From Octopus sinensis (Eukaryota): 64,000 bases of DNA. A model generated the notes under the pieces. The model saw nothing but the letters and a program-made list of their open reading frames with translations, searched no databases and was not told the DNA's origin. The position numbers and the translations under genes were made by a program. The DNA lies in NCBI RefSeq assembly GCF_006345805.1, contig NC_042999.1:21390001-21454000 (forward strand), in the 5' to 3' direction. This document shows positions 38,051-50,680 of the stretch, piece by piece (the first letter of the stretch is position 1; every line of letters begins with the position of its first letter).

Positions 38051-38290
38051 GCGCCCTTTTAAAGCCTAGCCAGGCTCATGGGCCCGGTTTCAATGGTGTA
38101 TGTGTTCCCCTGCTGGACAGGACGCCAGTCCATCGCAGCGTTACTCATTTTTGCCAGCTGAGTGTACTGGAGCAACGTGAAATTAAGTGTTTTGCTCAAG
38201 ATCACAACGCGTCGCCCGGTCCAGGAATCGATACCACAATCTTACGATCATGATGCTGACACCTTAACCATTAACTCACGCGCCTCCGCA
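38051..38290 (-). mobile_element. SINE with family-D head/middle and tail type i
   Basis: Middle tactcatttttgccagctgagtgtactggagcaacgtgaa as in family D; tail aaagcctagccaggctcatgggcccggtttc as at 11640-11680. Confidence 0.8.
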
Positions 38291-38321
38291 CACACACACA
38301 CACACACACAGACACACACAG

Positions 38322-38393
<72 letters not shown>

Positions 38394-38804
38394 TATATAT
38401 AGATGTTTTTTAAGGGCGTGAGAGGATGCCGAAACAAATGACATGGAATAACAGCAAATTGTATGAGACAAAAATGTTTCTGAAATAGTTGGTTTGTTTA
38501 CCGGAACATGTTCTCACTAAAATAGCAGGAGCCGCAGAAAACGGATATTGTTTATCACGCAAGCGATATGTACTGCGGATTCGTTTACGGAAATTAGTTG
38601 ATATAGGTAAGGTTTGAAAAAGTTACACTGAGGTACTCGCTATAGTATAAAGATCAGTCAAATCAAAAATCAACCGATATGTTAGATTTAAATTTCCTGT
38701 TACTATAGACTTTGATAAAATTAGAATTTAAATGCATGCTGCTGTTTCGTTGAAATAATTTACATTTGTGAAAGAAATGACTGTAAAATGCAATGAGTGA
38801 TATT

Positions 38805-39018
38805 CTTTTCTACTCTAGGCACAAGGCCCGAAATTTTGGGGTAGGAGCCAGTCGATTAGATCGACTTTAGTACGCAACTAGTATTTAATTTATCGACCCC
38901 GAAAGGATGAAAGGCAAAGTTGACCTCGGCGGAATTTGAAATCAGAACGTTGCAGCAGACGAAATGCCGCTAAGCATTTCGCCCGGTGTTCTAACGTTTC
39001 TGCCAGCTAGCCGCCTTC
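38805..39018 (-). mobile_element. SINE family B (alternative tail) with 16-bp TSD
   Basis: TGCAATGAGTGATATT at 38789-38804 and 39019-39034. Confidence 0.92.
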
Positions 39019-39189
39019 TGCAATGAGTGATATTTCGTTAACAAGTGTGGCTACACAAATACTTTAAATGTTTCATTATACGAAATTACGAGAGCCTGTT
39101 CTATATGTGATTAGTTAATCCATACAGTAATTTATTTAACGTTGCAACGTATGTTTAATTATACTGTAATAATGGATTGATATACAATT

Positions 39190-39480
39190 TGTGAAGGTGC
39201 GTGGTTTAATTTTAGGAGTGATTCACCTATGCCCTTGCTATCGTGGTTTCGAATCCCAGATAATCGATGCGTTGTGTTCCTTTAACAAAGTTATCTGTTC
39301 CACATTGTTCTAATCCACATAGTTTTAGATGAGTAACAATACAACGGACTAGCGTCCCGTTCACTGTGGATTTGTACTTGCCCACCGAGCTTGGCATAAC
39401 TTGAACGATACATGAATGCGAGGGAGTGCACTGTGACCAACGATGTTACAATATACGATTATCTGGTCGATGCAGTGACA
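39190..39480 (+). mobile_element. Highly degenerate tRNA-derived SINE
   Basis: tgtgaaggtgcgtgg...gtggtttcgaatccc...gcgttgtgttcc; resembles the family-D head. Confidence 0.5.
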
Positions 39481-40110
39481 TGAAATTTAGATCTCAATTT
39501 TTCTAGTTATGAGATAATGCACATTAACCAATTTCTCGATGGTAGATATTTTTTACTGGCTGTAAAGAAATTTAACATAAAGACAGCGATTTCTTACAAA
39601 TCGCTTCGAAACATGCTAGAATTTGGTATTTACAATACTTTGAAGAACATGGTTATTTTTTCTGTGTAACCAATGATATAAATTAAAATTGGGAAGGACA
39701 GCAATTATATCATTGGAAAGCTTACTAGAAATTCCATTACATTTCCTCTCCTTCGAAGCGGAGTAATGTAAAAATCATTAAAAACACATTATTTCTTTTT
39801 TATGAGCTTCCTTATGTGGGCTATATCTTGGGAAGGGAAGCAATTATCATATCTTTGCTAACGTAGGGATAGGCTCAACAAGGGATTTAGCTAATTGCAA
39901 AGAATATCTCCATACAGCACAGGTTATATCAGCATATGTAAAAGATAGGTAGGAAATTAAGGAGTTGAGAATCTAAATTAATGAGCCAATAGGGGGGATA
40001 TAAAAAAATGGATTTCGTGACGGAGGAACGCATTTGAAAAACATGCTATGTTCAGTGAATAAGGATGCAATTTTCCGTGAAAGCACACTAGATCCATAAT
40101 AAACCAGTAC

Positions 40111-40333
40111 TTATTTCTTTACTACCCACGAGGGGCTAAACATAGAGAATACAAACAAATGGATTAAGTCGATTATATCGACCCCAGTGCGTAACTGGTA
40201 CTTAATTTATCGACTCCGAAAGGATGAAAGGTAAAGTCCACCTCGGCGGAATTTGAACTCAGAATGTAAAGACAGACGAAATACCGCTAGGCATTTCGCC
40301 CGGCGTGCTAACGCTTATGCTAGCTCGCCGCCT
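40111..40333 (-). mobile_element. SINE family B with ~13-bp TSD
   Basis: ATAATAAACCAGT on both flanks. Confidence 0.92.
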
Positions 40334-40646
40334 ATAATAAACCAGTTCTGTACTAAGACAATCATGTAATAAACTAACTGATCACTTATAAAATATTGCT
40401 TCTAATTATGGTAAACTATCAATAATTTAAGAGCAAAGTGACTCAACTCCAATATTAGGTACATTATTTTATCGACCGCGAAAGCATAACAAGCGAAGTT
40501 GATATCGGCGTAATTTGAACCGAGTTCATAAAGAGCCGGAGAAAATGCTGGTGAGCTTTTCTTCGACGCACTATCAATTATACCAACTCACTGCGTTCTT
40601 CAATAAACAAATATTCAATTCAACGGTAATAATATGCCGAGTTTGA

Positions 40647-40878
40647 AGGCGGCGACTTTGGCAGAAACGTTAGCACGCCGGGCGAAATGCTTAGCAGTAT
40701 TTCGTCTGTCTATACGTTCTGAGTTCAAATTCCGCCGAGGTCGACTTTGCTTTCATCCTTTCGGGGTCGATAAATTGAGTACCAGTTACGCACTGCGGTC
40801 GATACAATCGTCTTAATCTGTTTGTCTGTCCTCGTATGTCTTCTTTGTGTTTAGCCCCTTGTGGGTAGTAAAAAAATA
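40647..40878 (+). mobile_element. SINE family B with ~19-bp TSD
   Basis: GGTAATAATATGCCGAGTT at 40625-40643 and 40879-40897. Confidence 0.92.
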
Positions 40879-40964
40879 GGTAATAATATGCCGAGTTGAA
40901 AATGTATATTTGTAAACGTGTCAGTTGCGTGGCTCCTATATGAATATCACTTATACCATTAAGA

Positions 40965-41250
40965 CGGCTAGCTGGCCGACTCGTTAGCATGCTGGGAATT
41001 TTGTACGTGTTTACGTTCTGAGTTCAAATTGCACTGCGGTTGACTTAGCCTTTCATCCTTTCGTGTTCGATAAAAAAATTACCAGTTGAGCAATGGAGTC
41101 CTTGTAATCACCTTCCCCCAAATAGCTGGTTTGATGCCAAAATCTGATACCAATATTAAATATACCATTAACTACCAGTTAAGCACTGGAGTCAATGTAA
41201 TCGACTAACTCACACCTTAAATTACTGGCCTTGTGCCAACATTAAAACTA
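40965..41250 (+). mobile_element. Degenerate SINE family B copy or copies
   Basis: ggctagctggccgactcgttagca...ttctgagttcaaatt...gcctttcatcctttcg...aaaattactggccttgtgcc. Confidence 0.65.
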
Positions 41251-41621
41251 ATATTAATTATAACACTAGTAAAAGAGATGAGTGCTATTACTGTTATTAT
41301 CAAGATGTCGCTATAATCGTACTTAGGACGATCGCTTAACTATTACAGAAATACGAGATAAATGTATGATGCAGCCGGATGTTGGATACATCTGAAAATT
41401 ATATGCCTCTACGAAGGAAGAACTATATACACAGCTGAAACGTTGTGAAGTATTGGAAGATAGTCAATATGAGCGAACAGAGCAGACATTTTTCATAGAT
41501 GAAAACAGATCAGTCAACAATTTCCGTAATGAAATTATTCAACGAGAGGGCTCAATGCCAAGAAACACTTGTATGCTGAAGAATTAAGTTAACTTATGAT
41601 AACGTACTGTGCTTAAGAAAG

Positions 41622-41659
<38 letters not shown>

Positions 41660-41861
41660 CTACGCACACACACACACGCACACACACACACGCACACACA
41701 CACATATATATATATGTGCATATATATGAACGTATGTATACATAGACTTATATAGAGACATGTATATATATATATATATACACACACACGCGGGCATACA
41801 TTAATAAACAACATATGTATAAACATGTATATACATATGTATGTAAATATAATATATATAT

Positions 41862-41926
<65 letters not shown>

Positions 41927-41929
<3 letters not shown>

Positions 41930-42140
41930 GACGTACGTTCAAAAGGCATCCGGTTTTATTTTCCCGCCAAAATTAATGTTGCATGGACAAAATCCTTTGG
42001 TTTGGAGGTCACGTGATACCTTCCTACCTGCACATGCACGAACATTTTCGCACCGGTAGGCCACGTCAATCTCCGGTTGTTACGCCGGGTGAACATACGT
42101 GTAAGATTGAGCATCTGCGATAGTCAGGCATAAAGTTTCT
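41927..42140 (+). mobile_element. Possible mariner-like 5' end fragment
   Basis: TA|cgacgtacgttcaaaaggcatccggttttatttt resembles the cgagggg.gttcaa TIR start; no partner TIR found. Confidence 0.3.
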
Positions 42141-42231
42141 TCCTGTCATCGGAACATTGGTTCCAATACCACCCAACATTAAAGAAGCATGTAGAAACTT
42201 TACAAATATCCTATAGTGTGTTATAGAAACC

Positions 42232-42462
42232 TATTTCTTTATTACCCACAAGGGGCTAAACATAGAGGGGACAAACAAGGACAGACATAGGTATTATGTC
42301 GATTACATCGACCCCAGTGCGTAACTGGTACTTAATTTATCGACCCCGAAAGGATGAAAGGCAAAGTCGACCTCGGCGGAATTTGAACTCACAACGTAAC
42401 GGCAGACGAAGTACCGCAAATCATTTCGCTCGGTGTCCTAACGCTTCTGCTAGGTCACCGCC
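42232..42462 (-). mobile_element. SINE family B with 11-bp TSD
   Basis: TTATAGAAACC on both flanks. Confidence 0.92.
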
Positions 42463-42602
42463 TTATAGAAACCGGCTTTACTTGGACATGCACGCCTACT
42501 GCGTGAATTTCCATCTGAAATCCTTGTTGTGACTTGACAGACAATACAAATCCCCGGTACATACGAGAAGGTACCCCAAAGAAACCGGAATTTTACAATG
42601 CA

Positions 42603-42800
42603 TCAGTCGCTGCCCTAACCACTGGGCCATTGCGCCTCCACGTTACACTCTGTGTCACACTGAATCTCCCCGAGAACTACAGTAAGGGTACATATGTCTC
42701 TGGAGTGCTCAGCCACTTGTACGTTAATATCACGAGCAGGCTGTTTCGTTGGTCGGATCAACTAGAACCCTCGTCGTCGCAACCGACGGAGTGCCACGAT
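42603..42800. mobile_element. Family-C SINE head (minus) joined to a plus-strand family-C 3' part
   Basis: gctgccctaaccactgggccattgcgcctccac (42606-42640), then ctccccgagaactac...accgacggagtgccacga as at 55870-56007. Confidence 0.75.
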
Positions 42801-43001
42801 TTATCATTATATTACTTTTTATTCTTTTTTTTTATTCTTTCAATGTATTTCCAGTTTCTTTTTATATTTTCTGTATTGTTGTCTTTTTTTTCAATTTTTT
42901 CTTTTATATCTTATTTTATATAAAGATGTTGTGGAATATATTGTGTTTTGTGCTTTTGACGCTTCAAAGATATTTGAGATGATTTTACCGAGAATCAATC
43001 C

Positions 43002-43179
43002 TACTTTACTCTTACTCTTACTCTTTACTTTTTTACTTGTTTCAGTTATTTTGAATGTGGCCATGCTGGAGCACCGCCTTTAATCAATCAAATTGACCCC
43101 CAGGACTTATTCTTTGTAAGCCTAGTACCTTTTGCCGAACCAGCATCGGTTGTCAATCGATGTTGGGGAACAAACAGAG

Positions 43180-43264
<85 letters not shown>

Positions 43265-43434
43265 TAAATACGACAGGTTTCTTTCATTTTCTGTCTACCA
43301 AATCCACTCACAAGGCTTTGGTCGGCCCGAGGCTATAGTAGACGACACTTTCCCCAGGTGCCACGCAGTGGGACTGAACCCGGAACCATGTGGTTGGTAA
43401 GCAAGCTACTTACCACACAGCTACTCCTACGCCT
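43002..43434 (-). mobile_element. SINE family A with an internal deletion
   Basis: Consensus head and tail; gcctagtacc joined directly to ttttgccgaac and then cagcatcggttg. Confidence 0.9.
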
Positions 43435-44293
43435 TTAGTCAACTATTTATATGTTTCTGCCGACTGCATACTGTATTTATTTATTCATTCAGTCGTTGAG
43501 ATATCTTTTTATTAACATTTGTTATAGCTAACTGCTGAAACGTTTCTATCAAACGTTAGAGGTAATATATTGAAATTGCTCAGTCCCTGGAGGGATTGTA
43601 TATTTTTTCTCATTCAGATAAATATGGAAGTTGTGTATTTACATGTTAGACAAAGCGTTGCTTGAAAAATACCAACGAAGCCAACAAATTATTGCTGATG
43701 CATGACATTTTAGTTACGTTGTGTTCTGTAACAGTTTATAAATTCATATTCGTATTGGTAAGTTTATTTGTGTAAACTCACCTTCTAAATGTCAATATTC
43801 TTTACGTGTTAACTTCATTGATAAGAAGAAAGAAAAGCATGACGAGTGACTATTTTTTTTATTTACTTTCTCATATATACATGTAATCCATTGAAATCCG
43901 TTCATTCGACTGTCTCATGTACTTACACAAATGATGTTAGTACAAACTTTCTATGAAAAAAAAACATCAATACCTACATGGATTTTCTTTCGTGATGTAA
44001 AGAAACAACTTTCAACATGTCGACCAGAGATATCGTTATCGGTTTCCGGTTCAAGGAATTTTTCGAAAATTTATTTCGTTAATATAAATCGGATAAATTC
44101 CATTCATATTGTGTGGAAAACTGTTTAAATTTATCTCGATATGAATCAAAACAAATTTCTACTTTTTATTTTTGCTTTTTCGCTTCTATAAATTTTGGTT
44201 TTAAATTCGCTCAATGTATTTTACGGTTAATACTGCTTCTTATAACATCAAAATACATACACTTATTTTCCTGTACCTTGTACGTCACCTTAT

Positions 44294-44358
44294 ATACATA
44301 CATACATACATACATACATACATACATACATACATACATACATACATACATACATACA
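44294..44358. repeat. (CATA)n
   Basis: Read directly from the sequence. Confidence 0.95.
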
Positions 44359-44967
44359 GGGGTGTATGGATCCTGTATAAGTTTTGTAGATGTAATCGTA
44401 TTTTTTATGTGTGCTTGTATATAGGTAAATATGGTTAAGTACAGAAGAAGGACTTTATGGATCTATGGATAGATATGCTCTTGAACATTTCAATTCTGTG
44501 AAGAGATTAAAATTACAACGTAGACGGGGAAACGGCTTTATGTGAAATTTCAATTTGCAAAATACGTCATATATATGTATATATGTTTGTGAATGAGTAT
44601 GTGGGTGTATTTACGTGTGTGCGTGTGTGTATGTGAACGCGCGTATATATGTCTCTGTGTATGTGTCTATGTATATATATATATATTTCAACAATTGAGG
44701 GTAAAATTAATTAATTAATCAATTTCACCAAGTATTCAGTATGCAAAGGGACCATTTAAGGCGAATTCAAATTATTACATTATATAAAAGGGCTTAGTAA
44801 AATAAATTACTTTGCCGCATACTGAACTCATTAGAAATAGCAGCTAAAAAACATTTTTTAAACTATTTCTAATACTTAAAGAAAACCTCTCTCATATAGT
44901 GTTTGCTCAATTCAACTCACGAAAGTATGGGGGTAGAGACATTAAAAAATCAAATGCAAAGGTTATT

Positions 44968-45019
44968 TGAGAACGTACGTTTCAAGATTAGTCAACACGA
45001 CACTTCTATCATCAGCTCA
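44968..45019 (-). ncRNA. Type-I hammerhead-like motif, unit 1
   Basis: TGAG-CTGATGA-TAGAAGTGTCgtgttGACTAATCTT-GAAA-C GTAC GTT-CTCA: intact core, 4-bp helix I, palindromic helix III, GUU site. Confidence 0.55.
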
Positions 45020-45524
45020 GAACTCCTTGGTTTGGATTTGAAAACACTGAAAGTGGGAGCATACCCTTTCGGCTTCTTATCGCTTCTGAAGATCTGCTCG
45101 AAACCAACAGTGCCAGCAAACTCAAATATGCAAGCGAAGAATTTCTGCTCTCCCCTTTCCACCAGCGTGGGTTAAAATCAGCAAACACTATGCTTTTTTC
45201 GGTAAAATCCGAGGCATTAAATAGAGAGAGATGAATTATAATTTCAACAATTGAGGGTAAAATTAATTAATTAATCAATTTCACCAAGTATTCAGTATGC
45301 AAAGGGACCATTTAAGACGAATTCAAATTATTACATTATATAAAAGGGCTTAGTAAAATAAATTACTTTGCCGCATACTGAACTCATTAGAAATAGCAGC
45401 TAAAAAAACTTTTTTAAAACTATTTCTAATACTTAAAGAAAACCTCTCTCATATAGTGTTTGCTCAATTCAACTCACGAAAGTATGGGGGTAAAGACATT
45501 AAAAAATCAAATGCAAAGGTTATT

Positions 45525-45576
45525 TGAGAACGTACGTTTCAAGATTAGTCAACACGACACTTCTATCATCAGCTCA
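45525..45576 (-). ncRNA. Type-I hammerhead-like motif, unit 2
   Basis: Identical to the unit-1 motif. Confidence 0.55.
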
Positions 45577-46224
45577 GAACTCCTTGGTTTGGATTTGAAA
45601 ACACTGAAAGTGGGAGCATACCCTTTCGGCTTCTTATCGCTTCTGAAGATCTGCTCGAAACCAACAGTGCCAGCAAACTCAAATATGCAAGCGAAGAATT
45701 TCTGCTCTCCCTTTCCACCAGCGTGGGTTAAAATCAGTAAACACTATGCTTTTTTACCCCCATACTTTCGTGAGTTGAATTGAGCAAACACTATATGAGA
45801 GAGGTTTTCTTTAAGTATTAGAAATAGTTTTAAAAAAGTTTTTTTAGCTGCTATTTCTAATGAGTTCAGTATGCGGCAAAGTAATTTATTTTACTAAGCC
45901 CTTTTATATAATGTAATAATTTGAATTCGCCTTAAATGGTCCCTTTGCATACTGAATACTTGGTGAAATTGATTAATTAATTAATTTTACCCTCAATTGT
46001 TGAAATTATAATTCATCTCTCTCTATTTAATGCCTCGGATTTTACCGAAAAAAGCATAGTGTTTACTGATTTTAACCCGCTGGTGGAAGGGGAGAGCAGA
46101 AATTCTTCGCTTGCATATTTGAGTTTGCTGGCACTGTTGGTTTCGAGCAGATCTTCAGAAGCGATAAGAAGCCGAAAGGGTATGCTCCCACTTTCAGTGT
46201 TTTCAAATCCAAACCAAGGAGTTC

Positions 46225-46276
46225 TGAGCTGGTGATAGAAGTGTCGTGTTGACTAATCTTGAAACGTACGTTCTCA
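46225..46276 (+). ncRNA. Type-I hammerhead-like motif, inverted unit (core mutated to CTGGTGA)
   Basis: Same motif with an A6-to-G change. Confidence 0.45.
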
Positions 46277-46457
46277 ATAACCTTTGCATTTGATTTTTTA
46301 ATGTCTTTACCCCCATACTTTCGTGAGTTGAATTGAGCAAACACTATATGAGAGAGGTTTTCTTTAAGTATTAGAAATAGTTTTAAAAAAGTTTTTTTAG
46401 CTGCTATTTCTAATGAGTTCAGTATGCGGCAAAGTAATTTATTTTACTAAGCCCTTT

Positions 46458-46462
<5 letters not shown>

Positions 46463-46512
<50 letters not shown>

Positions 46513-46655
46513 CGTGAGTGCGTGTATGTATGTGTGTACATATGTATCTGTATGTACTTATATATATATTATATATATATATATATATATAACATACACA
46601 GAGTGACATACACACGCACACACGTAAATACACCCACATACACACTCATGCACAT

Positions 46656-46686
<31 letters not shown>

Positions 46687-46690
46687 ATAT

Positions 46691-46766
<76 letters not shown>

Positions 46767-46900
46767 CGTGTGTGTATGTATGTATGTACATACAAATGTA
46801 CATACACATATATATGTATGTATGTGTGTGGGTGTATGTGTGTGCGCGTATGTTTATGTGTGCTTATGTGTGTCTGTATATACGTATATGCTGAATTAAA
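46463..46900. repeat. (TA)n/(TG)n/(CA)n tract
   Basis: Read directly from the sequence. Confidence 0.9.
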
Positions 46901-47324
46901 GCTGTTTCATTCGTAGAAGAGAAATCAGCAACTTCCATTTCTATTTTTATTATTCATTATCTATAATTATATATTTATATTTTACGTTCCTGCTGTTCTT
47001 TGAAAAATTGCCAAACCTGGTATCAAATATCTATTTTAATTATATTAAAGGAAAATAACATTTTAAACTTTCTGTATCAGTCAATTTTTTTTCTTTTATA
47101 AAAAGTTATTGTAAATTTGTTTACTTTTGGAAATAAATATGTATGTTTTTGATGTTTTCCGCTACATTAGGATACGTCTATCACATAGCATTACAGCCCC
47201 CACTCACAGTTCTTCTATTTACTAAAAATATTTCTCACTATTCTAAAACACATGCTGCGTTACTTATACGACGTGAATCGAGAGCTGGCGACAAATTATA
47301 CTAAATTGTCTATCATCTATCTAT

Positions 47325-47387
<63 letters not shown>

Positions 47388-47814
47388 AGCATATATACAT
47401 GCATACATACATACATACATACTACATACATACATATACATACATACATACACACACATATATATATAATATATATATTACGTATATATGTTCTAATTCA
47501 GCTTATTCGTATAGCACTGAAGAGCATCTGTCCTCTTTGCGTTCCCGTTAGTTAACGCTTATTCTTTCTCCTATGCTACGGGTTGTCGCTTCAATGTAGC
47601 GTAGGTGAGTGAACAAATGAACCCTGACAAGGCGTATTCGGTTCACGATCGTAAGGTCGTGAGATCGGTTCCTAGTTGTGCGTTGTGTCCTTCAGCTACG
47701 CGCCTTCCTCATCAAGATTACCATATGAAAAACAAACAAAACGCTTTTGAAATATTAAACTTCCTAGCATACTTCCATGAACGAATTTTAATATTTGCCT
47801 TTAAAAATATCTAT

Positions 47815-48065
47815 TTTTATCCTTTGTGTTTTATTTGTTTCAGTTGTTAGAATGCGGTCATGCTGGGGCACTGCCTTGAAGAAATTTAGTCGAAGGAATC
47901 AACCCAGTACTTGATTGTTAAATTAATTATACTATCGAATAATTTATATTATCGAACGCTTTTGCAGAACCGCTAAGTTACGGTGATTAAGGACATTTTC
48001 CCAAGTGGGACCTAAACCGGAGTCATGTGTTTTAGAAACAAACTAATTACTACAAAGCTACGCCC
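47815..48065 (-). mobile_element. Degenerate SINE family A
   Basis: ttgtttcagttgttagaatgcggtcatgctggggcactgcc...gaaccgctaagttacg. Confidence 0.65.
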
Positions 48066-48572
48066 GTGGTCGTTTTAGTATTTTAGTATATATCAGTGCA
48101 AAATTAAGTTTCTAATTTAACAGAAAATAACGGTTAATTCTGTGTTTTGGTCATTGTTAAATTCTTTCGTCGATATCTGTAAGTATGTAGGTTATTGTGG
48201 GGTCACTGACTTATGTTATAATGCATGAATTCTTATAAGAGAACCTGTGCATTTTTGTTAGCGATAACACCCCAGAACTATACTTTGGGTTTGTAAAAAG
48301 CAAAGTTCGAAATTTACCACAAATTCTCTATATCATACATTCTTCCTGTTAATGTCCATTGTCCAAGAAAAATCAATGAACTATCTTTAGAAAAGAAACA
48401 TGAAAGGCAGGAGTTTGCTTTAAAATGGAATAAATGGTTTTATACGCCAGGTTTATATGTAGGTAAATACAACTAACGAAAACTATTTATCGCGATTCTT
48501 TCTTGTTTGCGAATATGTTTTTAACCTATTTCTTTTCCATACATAATTTGACCGATTATGTAAATAAATGTA

Positions 48573-48603
<31 letters not shown>

Positions 48604-49030
48604 TGTGTGTGTGTGTGCGCATGAATATATATATATATATATATATATATACTAGAAATATGTTACGAAAAGAAAATATAAAATACACGTGGAAATGTAA
48701 GTGTAAAATATGAAAAATCAACGAAAATGCATATTGCAAATAGAAAAAGGCTATTTATGACAGGTAACGACAAATATATACATTTAGATTGACTGAGGTA
48801 GTAATACGAGTCATAAAAGTCATTATTATGAGATAATTATAAGATGATAATAAAGTAAGAGAACAAAACGAACCAATGATTTACGCAAACATCGTTTGAA
48901 ACACCGGTTTATACGAAAGAAGGTTTGAAAATGCAATGCAATTTCAAAAGATGTTTATTTAGTTTAGCGGTTTCAATCTTTAGAAAAAGATTGTCAAAAG
49001 TAACATGTAAAAGTTTGGTTGTGTTAATTA

Positions 49031-49367
49031 TTGGTTGTCACAAAATGCTACAATACATATATAGAGTCTTTGGTAACAAGGACATGTTAAGGACATAAAA
49101 AAGTTTAACAAGTTCATGAAAATATTGGGCACAGAATATTCCAACATCAATATACATTCTCGAGAAAATGTTAAAGATAGTTTCCAGAAAGAATTATTAA
49201 AAAGTTCAGTGCAATATTGGTATCGTATATGTAGATTCATACACGCACAGAATATTGGCTGGCACAAAATACTACAATACATATATACATACATTCTTTG
49301 GTGACAAGGATGTGTTAAGAAGATAAAAAGATTTAACAAGTTCTTTAAAATATTGGGCACAAAAGAT
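49031..49367. repeat. Diverged tandem duplication, period ~225 bp
   Basis: 49031-49140 aligns with 49256-49367 (cacaaaat.ctacaatacatatata...tctttggt.acaagga...tttaacaagttc...aaaatattgggcaca). Confidence 0.8.
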
Positions 49368-49454
49368 TATGAATGTATGTATGGAAGTATATACATTACA
49401 TGCATATGTATGTATGTATGTATATATGTGTATATGTGTGTGTATGTATGTGTG

Positions 49455-49520
<66 letters not shown>

Positions 49521-49542
49521 GTGTGTGTGTGCGGTGTGTATG

Positions 49543-49573
<31 letters not shown>

Positions 49574-49675
49574 ACATTTATGCGTATACGTATGTACAAT
49601 TGTGTGTTCCCTTAACGTCTTCGTCTTTTGTCTTTTGTGTTCTGTAAATTTGATCTGCCTGCCTGTCTGTGTATC

Positions 49676-49726
<51 letters not shown>

Positions 49727-50444
49727 GAGAGAGTGTGTGTTTGTGTGCCTGTAATTTTGTTTTCTTTTACCTCTTAGAAAAATTAAACATCATCATTACA
49801 ACAGTCTCCTATAATTATATTCTTAATATTCAATTGACGTATGTCAATGAATGTGTTAAGGCGTATAATTTGAAAATTACTGTATTTGTGTTTTTAATTT
49901 CAGCTTTTTGAAACGTTAAAATTACTTTTGTTTTAGCCTAAGTTATAATTGGTTGCGTTATAATTGGAATAATATATTTTCTTTTCTTTGTTAACATAGA
50001 CAATCTTTTTACTTATTAGCACATCTTCCTCTTGTTTCGTGCTATTGAAGTCATCGGTTTCTCCATACCCACTCTCTTTTCTGCTTTCTATAGACATGTC
50101 ATTATTTCGATTGCTAAACGAGAAGAATAACTATCTACATATCCATACAGTTTTCGATGAGGTTACTGAATTATCAGACACGTCCTTTTCAATATTCTGT
50201 CATTCTCTACTACACAATATGAACTAGTTTTTCCTATTGTAGGAGAGCATATAGTAGGTATTAACGTTTTAAATATCTTCATGGGAATATATTGTATTCA
50301 ACGCTGATTCGAGCGACTTCATTTTTTTCCTCCCCAAAAAAGAAAAGCTCTACTTTGTAATTTGTCCCCTCTATGTTCAGCCCTGTGTGGGCATGAATGT
50401 GTGTATGTCTCTGAGAGTGTATATGCATACATATATATGTATAT

Positions 50445-50680
50445 ATTTTTAATCCAAACGGGAAAACAGAAAAAACAACAACACGTGGAACAATTACAGT
50501 ATTATTATTAATAGGCGCTCAGGAAAGATGGAAGCAGGAAGGTATGACGTTTCGAGCGGGGCTCTTCGTCGGAAACATAAAGAAGGAAGAGAGAGGAAAG
50601 AAAGATCCCAAGGTGGGCAACAAGAGGGAGAAAAAAAAAACGACTGGTGTTTACGAAGTACACATGGTGAAAGGCGGAAA
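50445..50680 (-). mobile_element. Penelope-like pLTR relic with a decayed minimal hammerhead
   Basis: 50542-50576 on the minus strand reads GTTT-CCGACGA-A-GAG ccccg CTC-GAAA-C GTC-ATAC; lies between microsatellites. Confidence 0.6.

Larger units (their letters stand above)
44685..46465. mobile_element. 556/557-bp tandem unit array with an inverted arm, flanked by (TA)n
   Basis: Unit starts atttcaacaattgagggt at 44685 and 45241; 45753-46465 is the reverse complement of ~44779-45495; hammerhead motif in every unit. Confidence 0.92.

Noticed and set aside
44903-46344. Triplicated 90-107-aa ORF (MLNSTHESMG...)
   Set aside because: It is repeated only because the 556-bp unit is repeated. It lies antisense to the hammerhead strand, uses a TTG start and resembles no protein I know.
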